Shown in pieces: positions 19,182 to 28,393 of a stretch of 35,720 nt of DNA. The stretch spans positions 1 to 35,720 of the forward strand of contig CAMFIY010000001.1 in the NCBI GenBank assembly GCA_945952575.1. Reading direction: 5' to 3'. The stretch's first letter is position 1; each line of letters opens with the position of its first letter. The translations under genes were made by a program, and so were the position numbers. This stretch comes from an uncultured Leucobacter sp. Its GTDB lineage: Bacteria; Actinomycetota; Actinomycetes; Actinomycetales; Microbacteriaceae. Below the pieces are notes generated by a model, which made no database searches, had not been told where the DNA came from, and worked only from the letters and a program-made list of their open reading frames with translations.

Positions 19182-19370
19182 TTAGCGGCCGAACAGGCGG
19201 GAGAAGAACCCGCCCCGGTTTGCCTTCGCGGCATCGATTTGCGCCTGAGTGTGCTTGCCGTTGCACCAGTCCGATGCGGGCACGCCCGCCTTCACCATCG
19301 CGACATGCTGCCCACATCCCGCCCAGGTCGTCTTCCTGCATGTACGACAGGTCACCGCTCGACACATCAC
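19182..19370 (-). CDS. 62-aa Cys-rich small protein with C-terminal amphipathic helix
   Basis: MCRAVTCRTCRKTTWAGCGQH...DWC...GGFFSRLFGR; AAGGAG RBS; first gene of the operon. Confidence 0.85.
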   Translation of the reverse strand: MMCRAVTCRTCRKTTWAGCGQHVAMVKAGVPASDWCNGKHTQAQIDAAKANRGGFFSRLFGR

Positions 19371-19377
19371 GCTCTCC

Positions 19378-19450
19378 TTGATTCTATATACCCCAGGGGG
19401 TATCCTGCGGAATAGGATAACTATACCCAGGGGGGTATCATGTTTGTCAA
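19378..19450. promoter_or_regulatory. Tandem CsoR/CstR-type operators overlapping divergent promoters
   Basis: ATACCCCAGGGGGTAT (19388-19403) and ATACCCAGGGGGGTAT (19423-19438); + strand TTGATT-N17-TATCCT; - strand TTGACA (19450-19445) with TATAGT (19425-19420). Confidence 0.85.
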
Positions 19451-19487
19451 GTCAGGTCGTTTCAACACAGTGAAGGAGGCAGAGGTC

Positions 19488-19784
19488 ATGGGGCATGAGA
19501 CAACAGCAGACCCTATTCCTGCTCAGCATGATGCGGAGGCGAAGCGCAAGGTGGTGAACCGCTTGCGTCGTGCACACGGGCAGCTCGCCGCGGTCATCGC
19601 CGCGGTGGAGCAGGACGCGCACTGCCGCGATGTCGTGCAGCAGCTCTCCGCCGTCTCCAAGGCGCTCGACCGGGCGGGGTTCCTTGTGATCTCCAGCGCA
19701 TTGAAAGAATGCTTGAACCACCCAGGCAAGGAGGGCGCCCCCGATCAAGACGAACTCGAGAAACTCTTTCTCACGCTCGCCTAG
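19488..19784 (+). CDS. CsoR/RcnR-family repressor, probably persulfide-sensing (CstR-like)
   Basis: NRLRRAHGQL, HCRDVVQQLSAVSKALDR, ALKEC, ELEKLFLTLA; AAGGAGG RBS. Confidence 0.9.
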   Translation: MGHETTADPIPAQHDAEAKRKVVNRLRRAHGQLAAVIAAVEQDAHCRDVVQQLSAVSKALDRAGFLVISSALKECLNHPGKEGAPDQDELEKLFLTLA

Positions 19785-20120
19785 CCGTCGGCCTCAACCT
19801 CACCCCCGGGGATTTCCATCACCTCCCCCCTCGCGAAGCGTCGTTAGCGTGACGGTGTCAACGGAGGGCAATTTCACTCTGATCGATCGTGCGCTCACAA
19901 GATACTGCGCGACCATCCAGAAGGGGTCGTGGTCAACATCGATGCCACAGCTTGATCTTCCCGTTTTCACATGCACCCCTGTGGCATGCCTCACCACAAC
20001 CCGCACCTAGCCCACTACACGCGCCGACAGCATTGATCTTCCCCTTGTTCTTCTGAATGAACGTATGCTACCGTGATAGATACGTCAGTTTCTGTAGTAG
20101 AAACGTCAGGTGGTGATCCC

Positions 20121-23100
20121 ATGCATGGCGGCGTGATCCTGTTCCGGGGAACCGGAGCCGACGCGGGCCGTTATGTCGAGGCCGATCGCTCCCGTGCCGA
20201 TGACTATTATCTCGGCGCGGATGCGTCTGTGGCGGCGTTCACCGCGCTCGATAGCGCCGGGAACGTGACTGCTGTGCTCGGGCTTGACCCGGAGGCGTAT
20301 GCGGCGTGGGTGGATTGGGTGAACCCGGTCACGGGTGAGTCGATGGGCACGCCCCGTCTACCGGGTGTCGGGAAACAGGGGTCGCCGCGGTTCGCGGAAA
20401 TGGTGGTGAATGCCCCGAAGTCGCTCTCGATTGCCGCAGCGCTCCACCCGGAGGTCTCCGATGTTCTCGACCGGGCGCAGCAGGACGCGGTGGCGGAGAT
20501 TCAGGCTTGGCTCGCCGAGCACTCCGTGACCCGTGTCGGGCTGCGCGGCAAGCAGGAGGTGGTGCCCGTCCAGCAGTTGCAGACGGTGGCGGTGTCGCAC
20601 CGCACCAGCCGGGCGGATGATCCGCACCGGCATATCCACTGTCAGGTCGGTACCCGCGTGTGGGCGGCTGGGAAGTGGCGGGCGCTGGATACGGCGGCGT
20701 TGCTCCGGCAGCAGGGCGCGATCCGCGCGCTCGGTACCGCCGTGATCGCCGCGCATCCTGAGCTTGCGGAGGTGCTGGATCGGCACGGCTTGACCCTTGA
20801 TCCGGTATCGGGTGAGGTGGTCGAGCTCGAGCGGTTCAACGGTGTGATGAGCAAGCGCGGCGAGCAGGTGCGCAAGCACTTGGAACGCTTCGAGGCCGAG
20901 TGGGAGGCGGCGCATCCCGGCGAGACTATGGGGCCAGTCGTCTCGGCCCGGCTCGCGGCGAAAGCGTGGGCGCATGAGCGGCCTGCGAAGAAGCCCACCA
21001 CGCTGCGCGAAGAACAGGCGTGGGCGACGGAGTTGCGAGAGGCCGGCTACGACCCCGAGACGTTGCGCCGGCCCGTGCGCCGTGCGCGGGTGTCGCTGGA
21101 TGACCTCTCCGTGCAGACCGTTGCGAACCGGGCACTGGATCGGTGCGCCGCAGGCGGGTCGGCGTGGACGGAGCACACGGTGCAGGAGCACGCGACCCGG
21201 ATCATGACCGAGTACGGCGTGCAGGCCGCACCCGCCGAGGTGCGCGAGTTCGTGCGCATTGCAACGGCGTTGGCGATGGAGGATTGCTTCTCCATCCTCT
21301 CGCCCGGCGCACCAGCCCCAGAGCATGTGGCGCACCTCACGAACCTGCGCGTGGTGCAAGCCGAGACAGAACTGCGCGACCTCCTGACCGCACGAGTGCC
21401 GAAGCGGAAGCCGAAGCACCCCGACGTGCGCGACGCGGCACAGGCGCGGGGCCTGGACGCCGGGCAGGAGCGCGCCGCTGCCGCGGTCGCATCGCGCGAT
21501 CCGCTCGTCGTCGTAGAGGGTGCAGCGGGTGCGGGCAAGACCACGATGCTCGGTGTCGCAATCGAGGTCACGACGCAGCATGGCCGGGTGTCGCGGGTGG
21601 TTGCGCCGACGTTGCGCGCCGCGCAGGTCGCACACGACGAACTCGGCGTGCCCGCGACCAGTGTTGCGGCGCTCGTGCACGCGCACGGGTGGCGCTGGAA
21701 CAGCGACGGCGTATGGACGCGCCTCGCACCCGGCAACACCGACCCCGAGACGGGCCGCACCTATCACGGCTCGTCCGAGGACGCGCGGCTCGCGCGGGGT
21801 GAGCGGGTGATCGTGGACGAGGCCGGGATGCTCGACCAGGACACCGCAATCGCACTCCTGACCGTCACCGCCGAGGCGGGCGCGACGGTCGCACTGGTTG
21901 GGGATCGCGCACAGCTCGCCGCCGTCGGCCGTGGCGGTGTGCTCGATATGGCCGCGCAATTCCGGGGTCACACGTTCGATATGGCCGAGGTGCACCGCTT
22001 CACCGACCCCGCCTACGCCGAGGTCACGTTGCGGATACGGGACGGCAGAAACCCCGGCGAAGTGTTCGACCAGCTCACCTCCCTCGGCCTCATCCGTCTG
22101 CACGACAGCGGCGACGAGGCGCGCGAGCATATCGCCCAGGCGCGGCAGGACGGCGAAGCGATCACCGTCAGCACGAAGGATGAAGCCCGCACCGTCAACG
22201 CCCGCATCCGCGAGGAACGAGTCTCGAACGGTGTCGTCGACGACACGACGACCGTGTACGGGAGCGACGGCCTGCCCATCGGGGCCGGGGATGTGATTCA
22301 GACGCGGAAGAACAACACTGATGTGGGCGTGGCGAATCGGCAGCAATGGGTCGTGCAGCACGTCGAGGACGACGGCGCGCTCTCCGTGCGTGAGGCCGGG
22401 AACGGGCGGAAGCGACAGCGCACCCTGCGCCTCCCCGCCGACTATGTGGCCGAGCACGCCCATCTGTCGTATGCGGCGACCGCCTACGGAGTGCAGGGCG
22501 CGACTGTGGCGGGGTCGCACACGATCCTCACCGATGCGACCAGCGCCGCAGGCGTGTACGTCGGCATGACCCGAGGCCGAGAGTCGAACGTGCTGCACGT
22601 CGTCGCCGAGAGCCAGGCCGACGCCAGGGCGCAGTTCATCGACGCGATGGGGCGCGACCGCGCCGACCGAGGACTTGCCGACGCCACCCGCCGCGCCGTC
22701 GAGGAGGTGGCCGGGCTGGTCGAGAGCGGCCCCGTGCGGTTCATGAACGACGAGATAGCGGTGCTCGACAAGCGTGCGGCAACGGCTGAGGCGCAGGCCG
22801 CACGCTGGCAACAGGTCAGCGCCGCCCTTGCCGACCTCAGCGACCGTGAGACCGAAGTGCGGGAGAGGGCGCGAGCGGCCGAGCAGACCGCCCGTGAGCG
22901 TGCCGAGCAGGTGCGCGCCGAGGTCGCCGCGCCGGTCGTCTCCGCGGCGAGAGGGGCACTCGCCAACTGGCAGCAGGCCGACGCAGCTGAACAGGAGGCC
23001 AGCGAGCAGGTGCGGGCGTCGTCATGGTTCGGGAAGCGCCGTGCCCGCGACGAGCACGAGAACGCCCAAGCGCGAACCGCCGAAGCGCGCCAGCAGGTGA

Positions 23101-23573
23101 CGAGCGAGTGGGGCGAGCCGCCGAGGTGGAACGAACGTGCCGATGCGTGGGTGGATCGAGTCACCCGGCCCAGAATCGACAGCGACCCGCGCGTGATCGA
23201 TGCCGAGCAGGAGCACCGGGCGGCACGCGACGCGCTGCTGCACCGGCCAGAGCGAGCACAGACCGAACGACTCGTGGCGTTCGCGCGAGTGTTCGGCGCG
23301 GAGACCGTGATCCGCAATCAGCAGGCGTACCTCACCGCCAACCCCGCGCAACAAACCGCACGAGCTGCAAAGACCGCGAGGCAGGCACGAGAGGAAGTCG
23401 CCCTGCTGCGCTCGCTCACCCCTACCGGGGCCGCAGAGAGGATCGAGCAGACCCGCGCCGAACAAGCGGTATGGGAAGCTCAGCGTGCCAAGCGGGAGCA
23501 GGCCATGTCGCTCGACTATGAGGAGCAGCACCGGAGCGCACCCCGGCACTACGGCCCGGCGCTCGGGCTCTAG
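20121..23573 (+). CDS. MobF (TrwC/TraA-type) relaxase-helicase
   Basis: ADDYY catalytic tyrosines, NAPKSLS, DPHRHIH HUH motif, EGAAGAGKTT Walker A, VIVDEAGM, YVGMTRGR, coiled-coil C-terminus. Confidence 0.95.
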   Translation: MHGGVILFRGTGADAGRYVEADRSRADDYYLGADASVAAFTALDSAGNVTAVLGLDPEAYAAWVDWVNPVTGESMGTPRLPGVGKQGSPRFAEMVVNAPKSLSIAAALHPEVSDVLDRAQQDAVAEIQAWLAEHSVTRVGLRGKQEVVPVQQLQTVAVSHRTSRADDPHRHIHCQVGTRVWAAGKWRALDTAALLRQQGAIRALGTAVIAAHPELAEVLDRHGLTLDPVSGEVVELERFNGVMSKRGEQVRKHLERFEAEWEAAHPGETMGPVVSARLAAKAWAHERPAKKPTTLREEQAWATELREAGYDPETLRRPVRRARVSLDDLSVQTVANRALDRCAAGGSAWTEHTVQEHATRIMTEYGVQAAPAEVREFVRIATALAMEDCFSILSPGAPAPEHVAHLTNLRVVQAETELRDLLTARVPKRKPKHPDVRDAAQARGLDAGQERAAAAVASRDPLVVVEGAAGAGKTTMLGVAIEVTTQHGRVSRVVAPTLRAAQVAHDELGVPATSVAALVHAHGWRWNSDGVWTRLAPGNTDPETGRTYHGSSEDARLARGERVIVDEAGMLDQDTAIALLTVTAEAGATVALVGDRAQLAAVGRGGVLDMAAQFRGHTFDMAEVHRFTDPAYAEVTLRIRDGRNPGEVFDQLTSLGLIRLHDSGDEAREHIAQARQDGEAITVSTKDEARTVNARIREERVSNGVVDDTTTVYGSDGLPIGAGDVIQTRKNNTDVGVANRQQWVVQHVEDDGALSVREAGNGRKRQRTLRLPADYVAEHAHLSYAATAYGVQGATVAGSHTILTDATSAAGVYVGMTRGRESNVLHVVAESQADARAQFIDAMGRDRADRGLADATRRAVEEVAGLVESGPVRFMNDEIAVLDKRAATAEAQAARWQQVSAALADLSDRETEVRERARAAEQTARERAEQVRAEVAAPVVSAARGALANWQQADAAEQEASEQVRASSWFGKRRARDEHENAQARTAEARQQVTSEWGEPPRWNERADAWVDRVTRPRIDSDPRVIDAEQEHRAARDALLHRPERAQTERLVAFARVFGAETVIRNQQAYLTANPAQQTARAAKTARQAREEVALLRSLTPTGAAERIEQTRAEQAVWEAQRAKREQAMSLDYEEQHRSAPRHYGPALGL

Positions 23574-23621
23574 CGGGGTCAAAGCGCAGTGCGATGCGCC
23601 GCTAGAAGCCGCCCCTACCCC

Positions 23622-24540
23622 CTAACGAACGGTAACGGGGATCATCGCGATGGGTTGGGTATAGGTGTCAATGCGGGTTGTGACCTGGATCTGCCACTCG
23701 CCGCTGACGGGCATCGTGAGCGTCGCCGCGTACTGACCCGTCGCCGCGTCTAGTTGTGGGGTCGCGGTGAATGGGCCGAGTTCCTGCTCGGGCAGGCGCG
23801 CCTCGACCGTGACCTCTTCGGTAGTGATGGGTTCGCCCTCGTATTCCAGGCGGAACGTGACCGTGTTCTTTCCGGCGGTGGTCGGCGTGATCGTGCCGTC
23901 GACCGTCAGCCCTTGCGACTCAGCATGCAAGGCCGTCTCTTGCGCCGTGGGTGCGGTGGTCTCGGTGCCGTGTGCGTGCTCGGGGGTCGTGGCAGGGCTG
24001 GTGTTGGTGAGGAAGCCGGTGACCGCGAGCACCGCAACCAGCAGTATGGTCTCGGCGGTGAGGGTGCGGCGCAGGCTCACCCACTGCCGCTCGTCGGTCG
24101 GGTGCCGGGCGATGCGGGGCAGGAGGTCGGTGCGGTTCCACGCGGCGACCGCGATGACCGCTCCGACGATGATGAGCTTGATCGTAAGGAGCAGGCCGTA
24201 CCCGGTAGTGACGAGTGCCTGCCAGGAGCCGACGATGAGCACGGCCATGAGGGTGCCGCTGACCGCGAGCAGGATCACGCTGTACAGTGCGAACCTAGAG
24301 AACCGGGCGAGCATCGCAGCAGACTGCCGGGCCGGGATGCGCGGACAGCCGCCACGAGTTGCCGGGCGCGCGGCATGAAGATACAGCAGGAGTCCGGTGA
24401 CGCCGCCGAGCCAGAACGCGCCCGTGACCAGGTGACCGTAGTCGGCGGCGAGCATCACCCACACGGGTTGCACGGTCTGGGTGTGCCCGACCAGGAGCGG
24501 TGCGGCAAGCGCGAGGGCCGCGCATCCAAGCGTCCAAATC
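23622..24540 (-). pseudogene. 5'-truncated CopD-family copper protein with C-terminal YtkA/FixH-like domain
   Basis: GHTQ, DYGHLVTGAFWLGG, RFS, LVTTGYGLLLTIKL, VTGFLTNTSP; N-terminus replaced by IS5 sequence; junction approximate. Confidence 0.8.
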
Positions 24541-24945
24541 CGGGCGCGACAGATTCGTACCGTGCTGATGGGCACGGTTGATCGTCGCATCGACCGATAC
24601 ATCCCAGTCGATGTCACCGGCAGCGTCGGTCTCGGCAAGGATCTGCATCAGCACGCGATCCCAGGTGCCATCGACGGCGTATCGACGGTGCCGCTTCCAC
24701 ACTGTCTGCCACGGACCGAACCGCTCTGGGAGATCCCGCCACGGGATCCCGGTCCGATACCGGTAGACAATGCCCTCGACCACCCGGCGATTGTCTTCGA
24801 ACGGACGGCCTTTCCGGCCCTCGTTGGAGGGGAGTAGCGGATCGACTCGCTCCCACTGCTCGTTCGTGAACTGCGTAAACCTCGACCGGCGAACCATGCA
24901 CTTCAGTCTGCCGAAACCTCACCCACCGATATAGGAGACACGCCC
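24541..24945 (-). mobile_element. Partial IS5-family (IS427-like) element
   Basis: End GGGCGTGTCTCC next to CTAG at 24945-24948; ORF from 24897 with EQWERVDPLLP, RTGIPWRDLPERFGPWQTVW, VSVDATINRAHQH, then breaks off; no second IR seen. Confidence 0.88.
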
Positions 24946-25233
24946 TAGCTGTTCCATGGTCTTCTCTACCGTGTAGAAACTGTTGCGGGTCGGGGTGACC
25001 GCGTTGATACCGTCGGGGATCTGGATCGCGACCTTGGTCGTGGCCGATCCGTCGCAGCCGTGGGGCACGCTCACGGTGAGCACCGAGTAGGCACCCGCCT
25101 CGGCGGTATCCGCGTTCACGGTGACGTGCGCTTGTGCTGCGGCCGCGCCGCCCAGGGTGAGCGCGAGCGCGCCCAGGGCGGCAGCCCCGGCCACGAGGAG
25201 GGGGCGCTTGTTCAAGTCATGGTTCTTTCACAT
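24946..25233 (-). pseudogene. YcnI (DUF1775) copper-binding protein, N-terminal fragment
   Basis: Signal peptide ending AQA|HVTV, VPHGCDGSATT; cut by IS5 at CTAG; ATG 25233 is immediately followed by an in-frame TGA. Confidence 0.85.
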
Positions 25234-25306
25234 GGTGTGTTTCTTTCGTTGAGTCAACTTGTTGTTGTTTGTGTTCTTCATCGAGCCGAGCGCAGGGAGC
25301 ACCGAC

Positions 25307-26548
25307 TCAGGTGAGGAGGGTGTCGCCGATGAAGCCGCCCTCCGCGCATCCGGGAGGGAGCGCGAACACGGCGGAACCGATCGGGGTCGTCCACTCGTTC
25401 AGCAGGTCGAGTTCGTCCAGGCGGCGCTGGATCGGCACGAACTGCCGCTCCACATCCGCCTGGTAGGAGACGAAGATCAACCCCGAATCCGACAGTTCAT
25501 CCCCGATGGGCGGTCCCTGGTAGTTGTAGGCGCGACGGAAGATCCGTTCGTGCGCCTGCACTGGGCGGGCTCTCGCCATGTGGGAGAACTCCGGGATCAC
25601 GGTGAACCCGATCGGGGTCTTCGCCTCGAAGTCGGGTTCATCGAACTCCGCCGTCGCCCCGTGCGGGCTGCTCGTGAGCGGTGCGCCGTTGGACTGGAAC
25701 CGACCGATGGACTGATCGCGGCCGGAACGATCCAGGCGATCCCACTTGTCCAAATCCATCCGGATCCTACGGATCACCATGCTCGTGCCACCGGCCAGCC
25801 AGCCGCCCGTGGCCCACACGACCTCGTCGAAGTCGGGCGTGCCCGGTACGGCATTGGTGGTGCCGTCGACCTGCCCGAACAGGTTCCGCATCGTCGTGCC
25901 CGGCTTCACCGAACCGTGGGCGCGCCGGAACCCAGCCTGCGTCCACCGCACAGCCGCGAAGCTGCGCGTATCCTTGAGCAGCATCCGGGTCGCATGCGCG
26001 ACCGTGACCGGGTCGTCCGAGGCGACCTGCATCAGCAGATCCCCGTCGCCGTACTCCGGTCGGAGTTGGTCGATGCCGAACGCGGGCAAGGGCTGAAGCC
26101 ACTCGGGACTGGTGCCGCCCGCGCGGGCGACGAAGCCCGGCCCGAACCCGAACGTCACCGTCAACCTCGCGGGTGCGACTGCGAGTTCCGGTTCGGAGTC
26201 CGCGAGCGGCGGCACACCCTGCGTGAGTCGTGCCGCGTCGTCGGTGAGAATCCCCATCATGCGCCGCAGCCCATCCCGGTCAGTCTCTGTGTGTAGGTCG
26301 AGGCCGATGAACATGGCGTGCGCCTGTGCATCGGTATCGACCCCCGCCTGATGGATGCCGTAGAACGGCACCGTCTTGCTACCGTTCAGCGGCACCGACG
26401 CAGGAGTGGCCTCGCCGTGTGGACTGAGGGCGTAGTCGATGCCGAGCGCGGCAGCCGCGCCGACCCCGGCGGCGGCCCCTCCGAGGAGGAACTGCCGCCG
26501 GGTCGACGCCGCCTTAACGGACGGCTCGCCCCGGTCAGGGACGCTCAT
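25307..26548 (-). CDS. Tat-exported DyP-type peroxidase (class A, EfeB/DtpA-like)
   Basis: TRRQFL Tat motif, HQAGV, NLFGQVDGTTN (GxxDG), SHMARA proximal His, IFRRAYNY, LNEWTTPIGS. Confidence 0.93.
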   Translation of the reverse strand: MSVPDRGEPSVKAASTRRQFLLGGAAAGVGAAAALGIDYALSPHGEATPASVPLNGSKTVPFYGIHQAGVDTDAQAHAMFIGLDLHTETDRDGLRRMMGILTDDAARLTQGVPPLADSEPELAVAPARLTVTFGFGPGFVARAGGTSPEWLQPLPAFGIDQLRPEYGDGDLLMQVASDDPVTVAHATRMLLKDTRSFAAVRWTQAGFRRAHGSVKPGTTMRNLFGQVDGTTNAVPGTPDFDEVVWATGGWLAGGTSMVIRRIRMDLDKWDRLDRSGRDQSIGRFQSNGAPLTSSPHGATAEFDEPDFEAKTPIGFTVIPEFSHMARARPVQAHERIFRRAYNYQGPPIGDELSDSGLIFVSYQADVERQFVPIQRRLDELDLLNEWTTPIGSAVFALPPGCAEGGFIGDTLLT

Positions 26549-27156
26549 CAGTGCTCGCTGTGCTCGGCGTCGTCATGGCTCATGTCGCCATGATCCTTAT
26601 CGCCCTCATACGTCTCGTTCGCGCCCGCGTAGTCCTTCGCGACGGCCGTGAACTCCAACGTGGAGTCGTCCGAGAACGTGAGTGTGAACGTCACCTCCTG
26701 ACCGGCCTGGATCGCCTCAGGGAGTTCCATCAGCATGAGATGGTTCCCGCCCGGCTCCAAGTGCAGGTGGTCGTTCGCGGGGATCGTGAAGCCGCCCTCG
26801 ACCTCCCGCATCACCATCTGCCCGGAATCGTTCTCGACGGTCTCGTGGAGTTCCATCATCGGCGACGCCGACGACTCCACCGATACCACCGTCACGTCCT
26901 GATCGGAAGCGTTCTCGAGGGTGCCGAACGCGGCCGTCATGTCGCTCGGCTGGGCGGTCTTCACCCACGCGTCCTCGATCATGACCGAGTCCGCCTGTGC
27001 CGTCTGCGCGACAGGCTCCTCCTGCTGCGTACTTGCGCTTTCGTTCTGCCCGGTCGCGCATCCGGTCAGCGCCAGCAGCGCCACCCCGAACACGGCCCCG
27101 GCGCGCACGGCGCGATTGCGAATCTTCATCATTGGTTTCTTGTGCCTTTCAAACAT
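26548..27156 (-). CDS. PCu(A)C-family copper chaperone lipoprotein
   Basis: Lipobox LTGC; DAWVK, MTAAFG, MELHET..M.M, LEPGGNHLMLM; His-rich tail. Confidence 0.92.
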   Translation of the reverse strand: MFERHKKPMMKIRNRAVRAGAVFGVALLALTGCATGQNESASTQQEEPVAQTAQADSVMIEDAWVKTAQPSDMTAAFGTLENASDQDVTVVSVESSASPMMELHETVENDSGQMVMREVEGGFTIPANDHLHLEPGGNHLMLMELPEAIQAGQEVTFTLTFSDDSTLEFTAVAKDYAGANETYEGDKDHGDMSHDDAEHSEH

Positions 27157-27198
27157 GCATACTCCCGACCACCAGGCGCACGCGTGCGCGGGGTCGGC

Positions 27199-27226
27199 AC
27201 CGCACCCGCCCGTAGCGGGGTGCGGT
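27199..27226. promoter_or_regulatory. GC-rich hairpin in the leader-PCuAC intergenic region
   Basis: ACCGCACCC...GGGTGCGGT inverted repeat about 45-70 nt upstream of the PCuAC start; GCGCACGCGTGCGC palindrome at 27176-27189. Confidence 0.45.
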
Positions 27227-27387
27227 CAGATCGATACGAACTGCCGTATGGAAACGCTCGAACGCTCTTTGCTACGCGGCCGCAGGGTTCACGCAAGCGA
27301 CAGCGCACGCAGGATATGCGTGCGTGGGCGGCAACAACCGGCTACAGCACACGAATCGTCAGCCCGGAAGCGGCGACACTGAGAGAG

Positions 27388-28032
27388 TTAGTGAGCGATC
27401 CGAAAGACATGAGGCGGCCCGCGCCTGCTCAGCGTCGATGCCTGAAGCTGCGAAAGCACCGACCAACCGCTCGTCTCCACGGTAACCGGCACCCTCGCCG
27501 GGGCAGTCGCGACCGGGAGACGCAGCGGCACCACGAGACGATGTCGCACCCATGCGACGAACTGCTCCGCCAAGGCGCGGAGACGATGGATCGCCTGCTC
27601 GCCCCGATACAAGAAGAAGACCGTGACCGCGGCACCGATGAAGTGCGACACCCACATCGTGGCATCACCATGCACCAGCGTGATCGTCTGCTCCGACACC
27701 ACCGGCATCTGCATCATTCCGTGACCGTGATGATGAGCCCCGCCCGACATATCCATCTGCGCGCCCGCGCCTGCGGTGGGCGTGCCGAGCACGAATAAGG
27801 TGTGGAAAAAGGTCTGGCTCGCGACCACCGACACCGACAGCCGAGCAAGCGACAGTTTCCGACCAGCGAGCAAGATGCACACCATCAACGACAGCAGCAA
27901 GGGCACAGCGATCCCCAGCGGCCCAGGCATCGCGCCACCGCCGACGACATGCGAAAACAATGCCGCGAACGTCGCAATCCCAGCCGCACTCGACCCACGC
28001 ACCAAATGCGGGAGACGCGACGGAGACTGCAT
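27388..28032 (-). CDS. His/Met-rich membrane protein ending in RRGPP (candidate arrest-peptide leader)
   Basis: TM segments with FSHVVGGG, SQTFFHTLF, MWVSH; loop QMDMSGGAHHHGHGMMQM; RRGPP at 27426-27412; GATAAT 6 nt before ATG suggests a leaderless mRNA. Confidence 0.82.
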   Translation of the reverse strand: MQSPSRLPHLVRGSSAAGIATFAALFSHVVGGGAMPGPLGIAVPLLLSLMVCILLAGRKLSLARLSVSVVASQTFFHTLFVLGTPTAGAGAQMDMSGGAHHHGHGMMQMPVVSEQTITLVHGDATMWVSHFIGAAVTVFFLYRGEQAIHRLRALAEQFVAWVRHRLVVPLRLPVATAPARVPVTVETSGWSVLSQLQASTLSRRGPPHVFRIAH

Positions 28033-28111
28033 ACGCTCATTATCGCAGGTCTCAGGTAAGGCCCAGGTACTCAGCGCCCTCGTAGAATAGTGCCCGGCGC
28101 TTGTTCAACCG

Positions 28112-28377
28112 TTACAGACCGAGACTCGGCCCGCCCCGGTCGCTGCCAGGCGGGTCGTCGTGTCCGAACGCATCTGCCGGGGGCAGGGTGCGGCGGTGTT
28201 CGCGTGCGGCGTCCAGCTCGCGGTCGAGTACGGCGGGGTCACGGACAGCCTTGCGTGTCATGAAACCATGAATGTGCTCGTTCAACAGCTCCATCAGTCG
28301 GTCGCTCTGCTCAGCCTCCTCGACGGTAACAAGGTTCGGAGAACTTCGCTGCCCGGATAGGGGTACCGATCAGGCAT
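28112..28377 (-). pseudogene. Internally deleted Fic-family toxin remnant
   Basis: ATG 28377 gives MPDRYPYPGSEVLR (Fic-toxin-like N-terminus), stop at 28294-28296; a second frame gives a tail ending DRGGPSLGL*; no HPFxxGNGR motif present. Confidence 0.6.
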
Positions 28378-28393
28378 CGCGGCGCAATACGGT

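Noticed and set aside
18781-19365. 194-aa extended thioredoxin ORF
   Set aside because: The extension overlaps the Cys-rich gene in another frame; an RBS supports ATG 19155.
20358-22811. 817-aa antisense ORF inside the relaxase
   Set aside because: Mirror of the relaxase codon bias; no motifs.
24295-24897. 200-aa ORF as an intact transposase, and 23622-24638 as an intact copD
   Set aside because: Both are chimeric read-throughs across the deletion junction near 24540.
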